64,000 nt of DNA, taken from positions 7,852,390-7,916,389 of the forward strand of contig CM082580.2 in assembly GCA_040954595.2 (NCBI GenBank), written 5' to 3'. Both the position numbers and the translations under genes were made by a program. Source of the stretch: Balanoglossus misakiensis. Taxonomy: Eukaryota > Animalia > Hemichordata. Positions 26,996 through 40,600 of this stretch are shown here, piece by piece. Position 1 is the first letter of the stretch; every line of letters begins with the position of its first letter. The notes beneath the pieces were generated by a model. The model did not search any database. It was given only the letters and a program-made list of their open reading frames with translations, and was not told where the DNA came from.

Positions 26996-29075
26996 ATGTG
27001 TGGCATATGGGCGATATTCGGAAGTGACGAGGACGTGTCGAAACAGTGCGCCAGCGCTCTGCAGATCTCGCATCGTGGGCCGGATGCTTTCCGCATAGAA
27101 AATGTCAACCATTTCAAAAACTGCTGTTTTGGTTTCCACCGGTTGGCGATCGTGGACGACCTACACGGCATGCAGCCGATGCGAGTCCATTCACATCCAC
27201 ACATATGGCTCTGTTACAACGGAGAAATTTACAACTACAGGAAGGTGAGTTTTTGTCCAGTATTGCGTAAAGATGAAGTGTTAAAATGGGTTTAGTTTCG
27301 CAAAGAGTTTCACAAATTCTAAAGGACAGAAGGCTGTTCATTTGCATGATAGTCTGTCTGTTTTGTAATCAACACAATGATGTAATCGTGTCTGGATTAT
27401 TTTCGTGGTAGATGATTAACTGACATAATAGTCTCTCTGGCTCTACTTTTGTGTATCCAAAATTGCATGGTGGATGGACAAGCCTGATTGCATTTACAAA
27501 TTCAAATTCAGCAATGTAGTTGTCTTGAATTCTTGCTACCTGAAATAGGTTACAAAGACAGAAATTTACTTACAGTGAGTTGTCGACCTTTTACCCAGAA
27601 TGCAATTATTGTAATGTGATTTGACCACCTAGCATGAAGTAAAAAGGGCAGCCAGAATTTTGTAGCTTTACTGAAAATTTTGTGATCTCTGTGTCGTGAC
27701 AAGGTGTTGATGAACCCATACTTCTTTGTGTGTGCTGATTTAACACAACAGGTGCAGAAGGAGTACGACTTTGAATACCTGACAGACTGTGATGGAGAAG
27801 CCATCATTCACTTGTACGCCAAGTTTGGAATTGAGGTTGCTGCCAAGATGCTGGACGGCGTCTATGCATTTATTCTGCTTGATACTGCCAATAGGAAGGT
27901 ATGGTCATCTAGAGTTTATTTCTGGGCGCCCTCTATGCCGCTGAAGAGAAAGGTTTCTGCATAATGCAAGAAACGGTCATTTTGCTGTACATGCATATAT
28001 GTCTTGAATGCAAAAGAACCACATGTTAAAAGAACCATTATAAACAGGACACCTCTGCCAACTGAGCAATTTCTTAAGCCACTGACTTAAGTGTTCGTTA
28101 TAGACAGGTTATACTGTATATTACCTAAACTTCTTCATCAGGTGTTTCTCGGAAGAGATCTGTACGGAGTCAGACCCATGTTCAGATTGCTGAAGGATGA
28201 TGGATTCCTGGCTGTCTGTTCTGAAGCAAAAGGTAGAGTAGTTCCCAACGCCCATTCCATTACCGCTGCTTGGTGCACACACCACCCCCCCCCCCCCCAT
28301 TGTTTTCAACAAATGGTTTGGCCCCTGTTTGCAAAGAAATGGAGGGTGAAAATGAAAACATTTAGGAGATTGGAGAGCGAGAGACCACTGATAATCTCAA
28401 GATTGACTGTCTTAGTGAGGAAAGAGAATCCTGACCGTATCATGTTGTATTTAGGGTTCCAATATACTAGTTTTGTATCAAGGTCTTTGGTGGGTTCTTT
28501 TGTCATTTTAATAGATCTTCTGTTTTTCAGGTTTGATGGGTCTTGCCCACGGTGACGAAGACCACGAGATCGACGTGATACCATTCCCACCTGGCCACTA
28601 CGAATCGTACGACCTGAAACCGTCCGGTAAAGTCTCTCTGATCGAGAGGGGTCAATTCCACGCCGTCGGGGAAATACCGAAGTGGATTGAAGTCGAAGGA
28701 AACGTCAGACCAAATGGTGAGTCTTGTCACTCACTCTACTTTTGTGGTGCTTTGAAAATGGGCGATAATACAGACAAAGTCCAGGTCTCTTGAAATGGTG
28801 ACAGGTTTCATAAAATGAGTGAGCTTGTGAAGTGGTCTGTTGTTTATTCAACTGAAGAAACAAACCCAACTTATTGTTGCAGGAGACGACCAACTGAGTA
28901 ACGTTCGCCTACTTCTCAAAGAAGCTGTGAGAAAACGATTGATGGCTCAACGTAGGATAGGATGTCTTCTGTCAGGTGAGACATGCTGAAAGTGATTCTG
29001 TGTGCTTCCATGCTTTTGTAACCTTTGGTTGTGTTTTCAGCGTCTTTGTTCGTTTTAGTAACCTTACTCTCTTGT

Positions 29076-29129
<54 letters not shown>

Positions 29130-31127
29130 GAAAGTTATAGAGCATCAAACTGCCTAGACCTTCATCTTTTAAATATCAAAGAAAATTAAGAAGAAACAGA
29201 AGATATCAATTACCTGTAATAATTTTTTTTCCCTCATAATAGGTGGTCTGGATTCAAGTCTGATTTGTTCGTTGTTGTGCGCCACATCCAAGGAGGAAGG
29301 CATCAACTATCCCATCCAGACGTTCTCAACCGGAATGGAAGGGAGTCCGGATCTCAAAGCAGCAAGGAAGGTGAGTAGGATGTAGTCAAGTGTTATGGGA
29401 TCTTTTCCAATGATGCAGGTGGCTAGAACTAACAGGTGACTATCTTACCAGTGCCACTGTTGACCATGTGTGTGGGGAATGGCACGAGCCAGTGTCAATC
29501 TTTCTTTATATATACTGAAACATTTTCTTTTGTTATGGAGAGTATACATGTATTTCTATTATCGGTCGTCACTTATTAAATTATGAAAGGAATTCTGTAT
29601 TGCACTGATTAGGAATAGAACTGATATTTTTTATGCGTTCTATTTCTCCATACACATGTCATTTACATATCTTCTGAACTCCGATTGAACCCCAGGTGGC
29701 AGACTATCTTGGCACGGAACACCATGAAGTTGTATTTTCAGCTGAAGAGGGCATTGCTGCACTGGAAGACGTTATTTATTCCTTGGAGACGTATGATATT
29801 ACCACAGTTCGTGCCTCAGTCGGTGAGTTCTGTCATATTGCTGTTGTGTATGTTAAGGACACTAATAGTTCCGTAACGTGTCAGGGATTTGAACCTGAAA
29901 AATGCGTTCAAGTCACCAAACCAGCACTGAAACAAAAATAACCTTAGTTTTGATTTCGTAAAACCTTCTGCCGGCATGTCAGCACAAGTGCCATACGGTG
30001 ACTTTTGTTATTTGTTTCCTCCAATTTCAGGTATGTATCTCGTGTCCAAGTACATTCAGAAGATGACAGACAGTGTGGTGATATTTTCGGGCGAAGGCGC
30101 AGACGAAATTTGTCAGGGCTACATCTATTTCCACAAAGCGCCCTCTGCCGAAGAAGGGGCACAAGAGAGCGCCCGACTGTTGAAAGATCTTTACATGTAC
30201 GACAATCTGAGAGCGGACCGAACCACTTCAGCAAGTGGGTGAGTAGGCTGCTCTCCATCCCCCCTTCCTCTGAATCGTCAGGTCTTATCTGTGGGATGTT
30301 TTGAGTTCATCGAGGTCACTCAAGAATATTGCCATAACCCCAGGTCACCTATGCAGGGTCCAATAATTTGCATTAACTGCCACAAAACATGATGTTTAAT
30401 CTTTCCTAGATTATCTTGATCCTAAATGTCCTATGTGTCTGGCAAAGTACGACAGCCATTTTTTTTCATATAAGACTCTCAACTCTGCTATTTTATGTTT
30501 GTTTGCAGACTAGAACTTCGCGTACCATTCCTGGATCACATGTTCAGCGCGTACTACCTGTCGTTGCCGCCAAAAGACCGACAACCCAAGAAGGGGATTG
30601 AGAAGCATCTTCTACGGTCGGCATTTGACGGCCAAGGCCTGCTCCCCGATGACATCCTGTGGCGTCCCAAGGAAGCGTTCAGTGATGGCGTGTCCTCGGA
30701 GAAGAGGTCCTGGCACGACATCCTGCAGGAACATATCAATACACAGGTGAGCGACTAGACGCTGTTTTGATTGGATTTTGACAAGAGTGTACCTCAGTAT
30801 GACCTCAATGTGACCTAGGGGGGGCTTATTTGAAATTGCTGGAAGAAAATCATTTCAATAAATATTGGTTGTTCCACACAAAGATGTGATTTCCTCTACA
30901 TCGCCCTGTTTCTGCCTCGACAGATCAACGACGAGGATCTTGAAGAAGCCCCCAGGAAGTTTCCCTTCAACCCGCCCAAGACGAAGGAGGGCTACTACTA
31001 CAGGACCGTCTTCGAGAAGTACTTCCCGAGCCAGGCGGAGAACTTCATCAAGTACATCTGGATGCCCAAATGGATCCAGAGCAACGATCCGTCTGCCAGA
31101 ACACTCAAACATTACAAGAGTTCTTAA
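26996..31127 (+). CDS. ASNS: Asparagine synthetase [glutamine-hydrolysing]
   Basis: Exons 26996-27244, 27752-27898, 28142-~28232, 28531-28716, ~28883-28975, 29243-29370, 29696-29822, 30031-30238, 30509-30746, 30924-31127. Motifs: MCGIW (N-terminal nucleophile Cys2), [58 protein letters not shown]. Confidence 0.97.
29078..29128. repeat. (TCAA)n microsatellite in an ASNS intron
   Basis: About 12 perfect tetranucleotide units. Confidence 0.95.
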
Positions 31128-33187
31128 AAACCTTTGCCCGTGCAGAACTTGTCTTCCAAATGATTTTACCTGGTTTTCTCACCAATATTACAATGTGCTA
31201 AAAAGTTTACCTCTTCCAACATTTATTGTAACACACCTTGTCTTTTTCCTGTGATTGGTGGAGTCATTCTCCTATGGGTGTATCGTTTTAGTACTGATAC
31301 ACACGATGATCGTGTCGTCAGATTACAGCTTTCGAACTGTTGCCCGGCCAGGCAACAGATGTGACAAGATGGCCGTCTAGCTGTGTTGCAGCTGAATCCT
31401 GGCGTTGAAGTGTGCTACAAAAGACACATTGACCAGCCATATTTGGGTAACTGCATGTTATCCACTGTTGCCTACTGGCAGTTCAGTATTGTTACCTCTG
31501 ATGAAAATTTCAAAACATACATGTATTTTCCTGTATAGACTTGTATAGTGCTCTGTGGCGCCTATATTCAATACCTCTCTCTGTGAACTAAATTCCTTGT
31601 AATGTCATTGAAATAACAATTTTATCCTATATAATATTGAGACAGATAGGTCAAATTCATAAGCTGTGCAATAGACCATTTTCCCAACCCCACGAGACCT
31701 TGCGAGATCTCGCGTGATTGGGCAATTTATATTGAAGGGCATTCCCATGTGACCAGTGATGCGTCTGGTTTTCAGATGTTCACAACTTTTTAAAGTCAGG
31801 GTGCAGTGATATCAACTACACACATCTCGCAAGTATTCCGACTTAGTATTAGCAGAGATGCAGTGTTTTTGATTCCTTACTGATTTCTAATGAAAACTTG
31901 AATCTGTGTTGAGGTACAATTACTGATGCCAAATCTGCTTGTCCAAAAACTATATGATTAACCGTTGCCGAAGTACATTGTGTGATAATTTTAACAGATT
32001 AATATTCTAATTGCAATCTTAACATTATATTTTATCTTATTGCAATCATCAATATAATACTTTTACGTTCGAGAAAATGAAATAGGCTAACTTTTGAGCT
32101 GATATGCAAAACAATTCTAATGTAGAAATCCAACATTTGTGGGTATTAGGTCATCCTTTTTTTAGGTCAAAAGTCACATGCGGCTAATGAGTGCGACTTC
32201 CACTGGCATGTCATGTGTATTTTTACTTTCTAGAGACTTTTTATCATCCCACATTTTAATTTCAAGCCAGACATCAACATGCTATGTACGGTATATGTAC
32301 TCCAACAAAAATAAATACCTGCATTTTCAGTCTCAAAATCGACTTAAAACGCAATGCTTATAGCATTTGTTTATTTTTCTGTGTGCACATGCTAATCGAG
32401 CAAATGATGATCTCTTGAAAAAGCCAGTCAGCGGGCTTAGCTGGTTTCTTTGGAGATACATATAGTAAATATACTGAAAAAACGTCGCTTGAGGGCGCCC
32501 TGGATGAGTGCAGCGAGCGCCCTCAAGCTTGCAATGTTACACGACTTTGTTTTTCCACTAGCAGTGCTTAACGCTTGGGGTAAAATAATCAAACAATAAT
32601 ACTAAAAATGAAACAACATGCTATCTGATCCCTGTGGGAATACCTTGGAAACTGGGTTAATCTCCACAAATACATGTTATCAGATTTATGCTGAAATGCG
32701 TTATAACTTTGGTGTCAGTCATGTCAATAATTGATGATTTGCCGAAATACCATCACCAAATGCAAATACAATGCAATGCATTGCGATGCTTTCGTTCATA
32801 TGGCCGATGTATGCGCGAAAGAAAAAAAAGACACAAGCAAAGTTTAGAGTCCAGTGAATTATGTATTTATTTGCTCTGTAAAATCCACATCGTTTTTACG
32901 TCATAAATGACAACTATCACAGCTCTTTTGACTAAAGTCAAAATGATTGCCACAAAAATGCCATGTAAATTGCTTCTCCACCTTCATATTACGAAGTCTG
33001 ATGGGTCACTGCTCTCGACCCATTTCGCCATCCAAAAACATTTGAGGAAGTTCTCGGCCTGGCCACTTGTCCAAAATCAAGTTTTCAGAAACCATGTATT
33101 CAAGGTAAAATCATTCCTGATCTCCGTTCTGGCTTGGCTGAATCGCGAATGCGATGGGAAATTTTGTGAATACTTATTGTCTTCATG

Positions 33188-33332
33188 TTTTAGCTCCCCG
33201 GCGTTCTCCGGGAGCTAATGTTAGACCTGGGATGATTTCTGTCTGTATGTCTGTCTGTCCGATGCGCGTCCGTCAGTTTGCAAACGCACCATAGGCCTAC
33301 ACGTCACTGCCCCAAGACCCATGGGCAGGGGC
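33188..33332. mobile_element. Possible HINE/DINE-1-like (Helentron-derived) non-autonomous element
   Basis: Subterminal inverted repeat TTAGCTCCC...GGGAGCTAA (33190-33218), then a GTCT/GTCC micro-repeat tract and a 3' hairpin TGCCCA...TGGGCA. This layout matches invertebrate HINEs; boundaries are uncertain. Confidence 0.4.
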
Positions 33333-33343
33333 AGCTAGAGGTG

Positions 33344-34306
33344 CTATAGTGAGTGTAATTTGTTATGTGACTGTCGCTTCCCACGAGTCTCAAGGAATAT
33401 GTTAAGCAACTCTTTCCCTCGCGCAATTTCGGCCTCCAGATATTGAATTTGGTGTCTCGATTCAGTATAACGTTGGCCGTGGAAGTCGATGCGATGGATG
33501 ACAATCCAATTCAAAACTTGTTTGCAGTTATCTGGTTGATAAACTCGCGTTATCCAGTCATCGACATACCAGTTGGAAAACACAGGCGGGTAATACGTGT
33601 GAAAAATGTTGAAATGCGTCCGATGAACCATGTCATGTGTCAAGATTTTCGTGTGGCCCTGAATTGCCAGGGGACCGACAACACCAACGTTTGTGGGTTT
33701 CATTTGCTGGAGTGCGTAAACTCCTAGAGTGGTCCATCGAGGCGTCATCATTTGTGTGTCGTCATTCAAACGCACGACGTAATCAACGTCATCCTCGTAC
33801 ACCACTTGCAGCAACTGGTTGAAAGGAATCGTGTTCGGAGGGGTTGGGAACGAGTGGAACTGAAGCCGCAACCAGGGGGGACACAGCGATCGGAACCGCT
33901 CTTGATTTGCGGTCGCCATCCAGAAGTCGTCGTCATCGTCCAACCCCAGATAAAGTGTGTAGTCATAAACACCCGGTTCTGATGTGTTAGCGACAGACGG
34001 CAGCAAAAGTTCCACGACGCTGACTTTGAACAGTTGCAGACGTTCTTTTCCTGATCCACGACTAGTCAAACACGAAGCCACACCGATCTTCAGGCGGCCG
34101 TCTCCGGCGAAGGGCGTCATGTTAATTGCGTTCACGACTTCAGACGGTTCATAACGCACTCCAACTATTGGGCGGTCATTCAACGACCAAAAATATATCA
34201 GAGAGACCATAAAGCCAGAAAATAAAATAATAGCAACACTAACAGGTGTAAACTTTAAGAAAGTATAAGGTCGACCGTGCCTTTGTCGCTTTAACAGACC
34301 GAACAT
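33344..34306 (-). CDS. Type II membrane GT-A fold (GT2-like) glycosyltransferase, intronless, 320 aa
   Basis: Short basic N-tail and one TM helix (VSVAIILFSGFMVSLIYFWSL), then YLGLDDDD, YVVRLNDD (DxD-like), NVGVVGP, ILTHDMVHRTH and FSNWYVDDWITRVY. These are GT-A nucleotide-sugar and catalytic-base motifs. Confidence 0.75.
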   Translation of the reverse strand: MFGLLKRQRHGRPYTFLKFTPVSVAIILFSGFMVSLIYFWSLNDRPIVGVRYEPSEVVNAINMTPFAGDGRLKIGVASCLTSRGSGKERLQLFKVSVVELLLPSVANTSEPGVYDYTLYLGLDDDDDFWMATANQERFRSLCPPWLRLQFHSFPTPPNTIPFNQLLQVVYEDDVDYVVRLNDDTQMMTPRWTTLGVYALQQMKPTNVGVVGPLAIQGHTKILTHDMVHRTHFNIFHTYYPPVFSNWYVDDWITRVYQPDNCKQVLNWIVIHRIDFHGQRYTESRHQIQYLEAEIARGKELLNIFLETRGKRQSHNKLHSL

Positions 34307-34864
34307 GGCGATATTGCCCCAGCGCCAGAATCAGACTCGTTTTCGACTTGCTCGTTGCCTTTCCAGCTCTCTTTTCTATTTTCTAGTTAGCCGATCGTTC
34401 GTTCCGTCATTTTTGGTCGGAAATAATTGGTTGTGATGCTGTTGACGACGTTGGCAGCGTAAACGCTTCAATTTCAGTGTAGGTTTCCCGTAACCTGCGA
34501 GGATGATACTGAATCTGATTCTGACGCTAACTTCCAGCTCGTGGGGTCAAGGGTCACATCGGCCTGGGTAACAGAAGGAAACGTACAACTACTCATGCTA
34601 CTGGAAGCGACGTGCGATCACTGAGAATGTCTGCTATACTTTTGGAACGGCACTGAACACCGAATCTTTCTCCAGGTTGACAGGAAAATTCCACATTTCG
34701 GTCATTTGGGGAATCGCGGAGACGAAATCTCCACCATACGGGATCGCCGTACGCGTAGGCTGCCTGGCAAAGGGGGTTACAATCCACAGGCACAGTGCAG
34801 AATCCAGGTCGACTGCAGCACAACTAAAAGTCTTCGAACTGAATTGGTTCCCGGTTCTTTAAAA

Positions 34865-36922
34865 ATGGTTCTTTGTGCAATAATAACCAGAATCAGTGAC
34901 GGACTGCCATTGACAGCATCGACTGATCTGGACATGAACAGAGAATTGAAAGACAGCAGACTCTATGTGAAGGCCTTGTCAAGGAGGCTGACGACACTTC
35001 CGGATAGGTGTTCGGTACACCTGGAAACCCTTTGGCTTCAGTGAGTTTCGATTTCAGAACTTAAGTCGATAAATGATTGAAGCATGCAGCAATCTTAACA
35101 TCAGTCAGTAAAAAAACAACCGAAAGTGTGGGCGTGTGTCACCTATTTCACAAAGATGCATACGTGTAATATGCTAAAATTGCTTCTATGCATTATTTTG
35201 CATATGAAAGCAACCTGACTCCAACTACAGCTTCAGTCAGCAAAGAAGTCCGTATGCCACTACACTCTTTCAGGGTCAGTTTCGCCACAGTAAATAGAAT
35301 AGATGATCATCAAGCCACAAGTATTTGAAAACAGCCAAACCGTGTACCAGTTTCTAATAGTTGAAATTGAACATACACTCATTTGCAGATATCACATCTT
35401 TTTTACACTTGTTTCCTTACAGTTTCATAGCATCACTGGGTGTGTGTTTTATGGCTGTCTGTGATGAACAATACCCGACAGTTCTTGCCTTCTGCTTTCT
35501 GGATGAAATTCAGAGAGAGTTTATCGTCACTTACGACAGGAGGAAGATTGACAGTGTAGTCAGACCCTATGCATTCATTGAGTTTGGTAAGTGTTTGCTG
35601 GTTTCGTTCAGTTGGACTTATACAGTACACCTCTAGACAAAGGCTATGATTTGAACAGATGTTACCTGTCTATTGAGGACATTTCTCTATGAGGACAGGT
35701 TTCTCTTCCCCAAGACGTCCCCAATAGACAGGTTTGAGTGTATTTCCTGAATGTTGATTTTCATTGCAGATCATTTTATACAGAAAGCGAGACAGAGATA
35801 CTTGAATACCAGAGCGTTGACCAATAAGATCAACCTATCAGACATGACAACAGAGATCAAGTTGAGACCCCCGCAAAGGCTGACGTTGCAAGAAATAGGC
35901 ATCGGTCATGTCAATGGAGTTGAAACTCAGTACAGACCAAAACCCTGTAAGTGCTAATTGGGATGGGGATTGTAACTTGTCTTTGTTGTAGAAAATATTG
36001 CTTGTAGCACAACTGTTTGCCCACCCCTGAGGGCGCTCTTTTCTTGGCATAAGTCGTATTTGGGGATATTGGTGTGGGACTGATTGCCTGAATGAACCCA
36101 CTAACCCAACATCTTGTGCACCTCTCGAATGTATTGTATTTTTTTTCTTTTAACAACACCGAACTCAAACCTGCAACCGACTCACATTCATGTTGTGTGC
36201 ATTTTCTTTGCAGTTTCTCGGCAGTCACTGTCACCGATGAATTGGTTGGCTTTCCTGTCGTTCCTTTTGAATATTTTATGTGGGTTTCTGAATCTTGGAA
36301 GAGCGGTTATCATAACACTCTATGGTGAAATATCCCTTGATGTGAGTATCATACAGATGTACAGCGATTCTGTGTTTCTGCTAAAAGTTCACACATCTGG
36401 CAAGTTCGGTATGCGCTCATTTTTAGTAGGGCCCTTTATATGACATTATTTGTCATGTGCAATCGGAGTTTCTCTCATTCCTGATATGAAAGTTTCTGTT
36501 TACATTTTGGCCGTTGGTGGCGCTGTCCGAAAATGAGGATAGCTCGGCATGTCTTGCTGTACCCATGCACAACAACCTTGCTGAAAGGATAAGAATTACT
36601 TTGTATACAAGAAGTTCTCACGGTTGTTTGTTTTTTCACCTTGTAGGACAGTCCCGAAAGCTCTGTTACCTACATCTTAGCCTTTCTCGCAGCCAGCGTT
36701 TTATGTGGTTGCCAAGCGTACCTCCAAGTCTACTTCACCAAGAGGAAAACTCTCAAAGGACTGGCGGCGTGTGCGGTGCTTATATACTGCAATGCTTACC
36801 TGACAACACACAAGTACAGATATGTGGAAGCTTTTATATTCAACTGTCTGGTGTCCATATTTGCCGTCTGGCAGATCAGAGCGAGACCGTCGATGGAAAA
36901 AGCACCCGATTACAATGTCTAG
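34865..36922 (+). CDS. SEC22A: Vesicle-trafficking protein SEC22a (longin domain plus multiple TM helices)
   Basis: Exons 34865-35040, 35423-35586, 35770-35946, 36214-36341, 36647-36922. Motifs: [64 protein letters not shown], and the C-terminus KAPDYNV, like SEC22A KAPDYDV. Confidence 0.9.
35620..35742. mobile_element. Small inverted-repeat element (Tc1/mariner-type MITE remnant) in a SEC22A intron
   Basis: Starts TACAGT, has internal inverted arms ACCTGTCTATTG.GGAC / GTCC.CAATAGACAGGT, and ends GAGTGTA. A similar end (ATAGACAGGTTATACTGTA) occurs at ~28100-28118 in an ASNS intron. Confidence 0.5.
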
Positions 36923-37691
36923 TGGTGTCAGCCAAACAATGTCAGTTCCCCCCACAATCTGGATGTGAAGATCTTATGTTTTAAACTTTGTCAGTTTGTA
37001 TTATACTGTTTAATTTCCATCATTTTCATGGTGATTGTTTTTAGGGGAAACCAACCCTAAATACCATACATTTGATAAGGATCATTGTCATCTGGAATAG
37101 CTATCTCTTACAGGTTATTTTCATGGTTTTTTTTTTTGCTTTATTGAACTGAAATTCTGTCACAGGTGAAAACACGACTTTTCTAGACTGTATTAACTTC
37201 TGGGGTGATCAAAGACTGGTATTTCTGGCAGCTAAACATTTTCTCTGGATTGATTTTAACCAATGTCATATCAAATATGACACTATTGTCATATTAAATA
37301 TGTACCACTATAAAAAGTATAATATATGAAGAAAGAAACAAAGTGATTTTTAGACATTTTTATTCAAACATTTTAACTTACGTTCGCATGTATTACATTC
37401 AAATGATATTATTTCAAGATGCTGTAAAAAATAAAAAGAGTGATAAAATGCTGAAAGGGAAAAAACTCTAAGAAAGATCTTGTTTTTACGAGTAACAAAA
37501 ATCCTGCTACAACTCGTGAGTATAATTGTAGATGCTTGTCTGGTTGGCTTGCAAAGATTTAGACTTTCTGTCACATTTATCTCCTGTGCATTTCATCATC
37601 CATTACTGCGATATTTACAGAAGAGGGCTGCAATCAACAGTGGGGGACAAACAATGCACAAGCGCCTTGAATTTGAAAAAGCTTTGAAGAC

Positions 37692-40600
37692 TCAGTCATC
37701 AGGGTCCCACATGTGTGGCGGGCGTTCCATGTCGTCGTCATAGCTACCACCAGCTTCGCCTCTGCCGCCGCTACCACCCTGCAGGATATTCAACATCTGA
37801 GACAACTGTCCACTCCTGTTGAGGAGCTGAGAAAACAAGACACGAGTTTTAGAAGAGAAAAGCCTTGGGCAAGATTTCAAGTTTGAGATCCCAGCTGACA
37901 AGACAGACTGGTGGCAGAAAAACTTCAGTCTCTTAGTAATTCATCTATGTTTGAATGTGGGACACCCTGTTGCTTTTGGCAGTGGTTATATACGCAATAC
38001 ACTGGATGATTTAAGACATTGTATTTTTTTACCCCTAACCACTACAGGGATCCGTGGATATTTGTATGGGACACAAATCCTGCCATAAGAACGACCGCAA
38101 TATATACCGTACTCACATCTGACGGGACACTTCTCAATCTGTAGTTCAACAGCGACTGCGTCAGGGCATTGGATACCTGCAACGCCATTGCAGCATCATC
38201 TTCATTGTGTACCATACATTGACTCTGTGAAGACAACAGCGTGCAAGAGACTTGCGATTAATCTCTGAGAGTGGCACTCCCACTTTGTGAAATTTGTTCA
38301 AACTTGAATATTATTTTCAACTTGTGTTTGTTTCCATCAAAATCATATAATTTTGCATGAGCGATACTGACAAGTCGGACAACAAAATCTACATCGCTCT
38401 TCAGTACACATTTTGTCATCAAGTGCGATGGCTTCACTCACCAGATCTTTGAGCAGTGAACCAAACTCTTTCCTTCCTGGGCCTCCTCCATCAACTGGAT
38501 GTCTGCTTCGTAGATCATCAGTCTGAACAGAGATTAGAACAAAGAATTCCGTTGGTATAAATGCGGAATATTTGTGTTCCCAACCAACCATTTTTCTCCC
38601 CTTTTCTTGCAAGTTTTCTCCTCAGCTGATTCAGGAATCAGTGTCACAAAAAGTAACGCTGGAAATGACCCCCCAAAAAATGTACGAAAAATTGAACTTT
38701 CACTCACTGGGAAATCATCGTATTTGTCCTGTCGGTCATATCTGCTGGGCCCACTGTATCTATCCTCTCTGGGCCCACCGAATCTATCCTCTCCGTACAT
38801 TCTGCTTTCCGGCCTGTCATTCATGTACCTGTTGCCCCTTCCGCGTTCTGGTCCAAAGCCCCTCGGAGGGCCAGTCTCCGCCATGGATTCAGTCATGAGC
38901 CGGTCCTGTATTGATCCGGACCTACAGTGTTTGGTGCAAGGCGCATTGGTCAAGGCGCATCAACTTTTGGCTATTATCAAGTATTTGTATTAATCTACCA
39001 ACACCAATTTCTTGTTCAACTTATCAACATAGTCTCAGTGTTGTTATGGTTGAATTTTGAAGTCAAGTCCAAACCAACGGACTGAGTCTCATTTTTCTCA
39101 ATGCAGAATTTGTCAACAAACCCTATTAATTTTGACTCGCTGCGTTACAAAGCTCGCTCAGGCTGATCTCACCTTTGTATATAGGGATTTCTTGGATCGA
39201 AGTCTTCACTGTAACCACCACCCACGCCACCAGACCAATAATCCTCTTCGAACCTCCCACCACCACCACCGCCACCATATTCCATCTCGTAAGCAGGCGT
39301 CTCGAAGCCTGGGGTGTAGTGACTCCGATCGGAGGTATAGCTCAGGTCTTGAGTTGCACCTAGCGGGCCAGTGGCAGCCGGGCTGGGTAGGGGAGGTGCT
39401 GTTCCGGGCATGTCCCCAACTGGTCTGGGCATGTCAGCAACTGGTCTGTAATAACCTGGAGGAGGAGGGGCTGCAAGGCGGAAACGAAAGGAGCTTGAGT
39501 CCACAGGAACTATAACTTCAAACCCTACACCTCAATGGTTTGGTCCAAAATCCATTGTTTCCTATGGTGAAGTGGGACCTCTCAAGATGGATCTGGGGTT
39601 GCACCACTCTATCTGACCACTCGAATACTTACCTACACCAACACCACCTCCTCTTTGGTGGAATCCACCTAGGCCCCCTCTGTTGCCTCCATAGGGACCA
39701 TAGCCAATGCCTCTTCCTCCAGGACCACCTCTTACCCAAGGACCACCTCTCCCTCTAAAGGTTCCTCTTCCCCCAGCAGCGCCTCTGACTCCGGGACCCC
39801 CTCCTCCTCTAACACCAGGAGGCCCGCCCCCTCTTCCTCCGGGCCCGAATTTTGGAGCTCCACCTCCTCTCGGTATTTTGGCCCCTGAAACGATGATAGA
39901 AAATGGTGTTATCTACTGTGCTGAACAGAAACTGCCACCCTTTCCCCTGATCTCCACCTTGTCCATTTCACAACTCACACGGTTGTACACACACACACAA
40001 AACTCACTCTGTTCATCTTCCATCTGCATCTGTCTCTTCTGCGCGGCCTGCGCCTCCAATCTCTGCTGGAAGGGATTATAGAAGGGGTCCAGTTCCACCT
40101 TGACCTGGATCTGCTTGCGACCGTGTTCCATCTCCACCACTTTGGCGATCTCGGCCAGTTTGGCGCTCAGAGCACTCCTCTTGATCTCAGTCTCGCGTCG
40201 GCCTGTGATCTCCGCCAAGCTTTCTGGGTGATGTTTTTTCTGTGTGGGAAATGGCAAGACTACTGGTATCACACAGAAAAGGGCAACTGGACAAAACCGA
40301 AATTTATGAATCCTGGGTAATCTCTGATTCATCTGATTTGAGGTAATGTCCTATTTAAAACAGCTGCGACTTGAAATGCAGCTTGCATACATGTACATGT
40401 ACCAGTACATCACTGTCTGTCTGTCTTTATAATTTGTCCAGAATCTCTCGTAAGATTGATCTTAGCAACATAACAGCAGGCCTACCAGATATGCCATTCT
40501 GTGCTTGGTGCCAGTTATGTGGTAAATGACCGTCCTGGGATCACACTTGGCCTCGCAGAGGTCGCAGATGTAGCGCTCCTCCACCGCATCATCTTCCTTC

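Noticed and set aside
39707-40081. Proline-rich plus-strand ORF
   Set aside because: Antisense mirror of the RGG-rich exon of the minus-strand zinc-finger gene.
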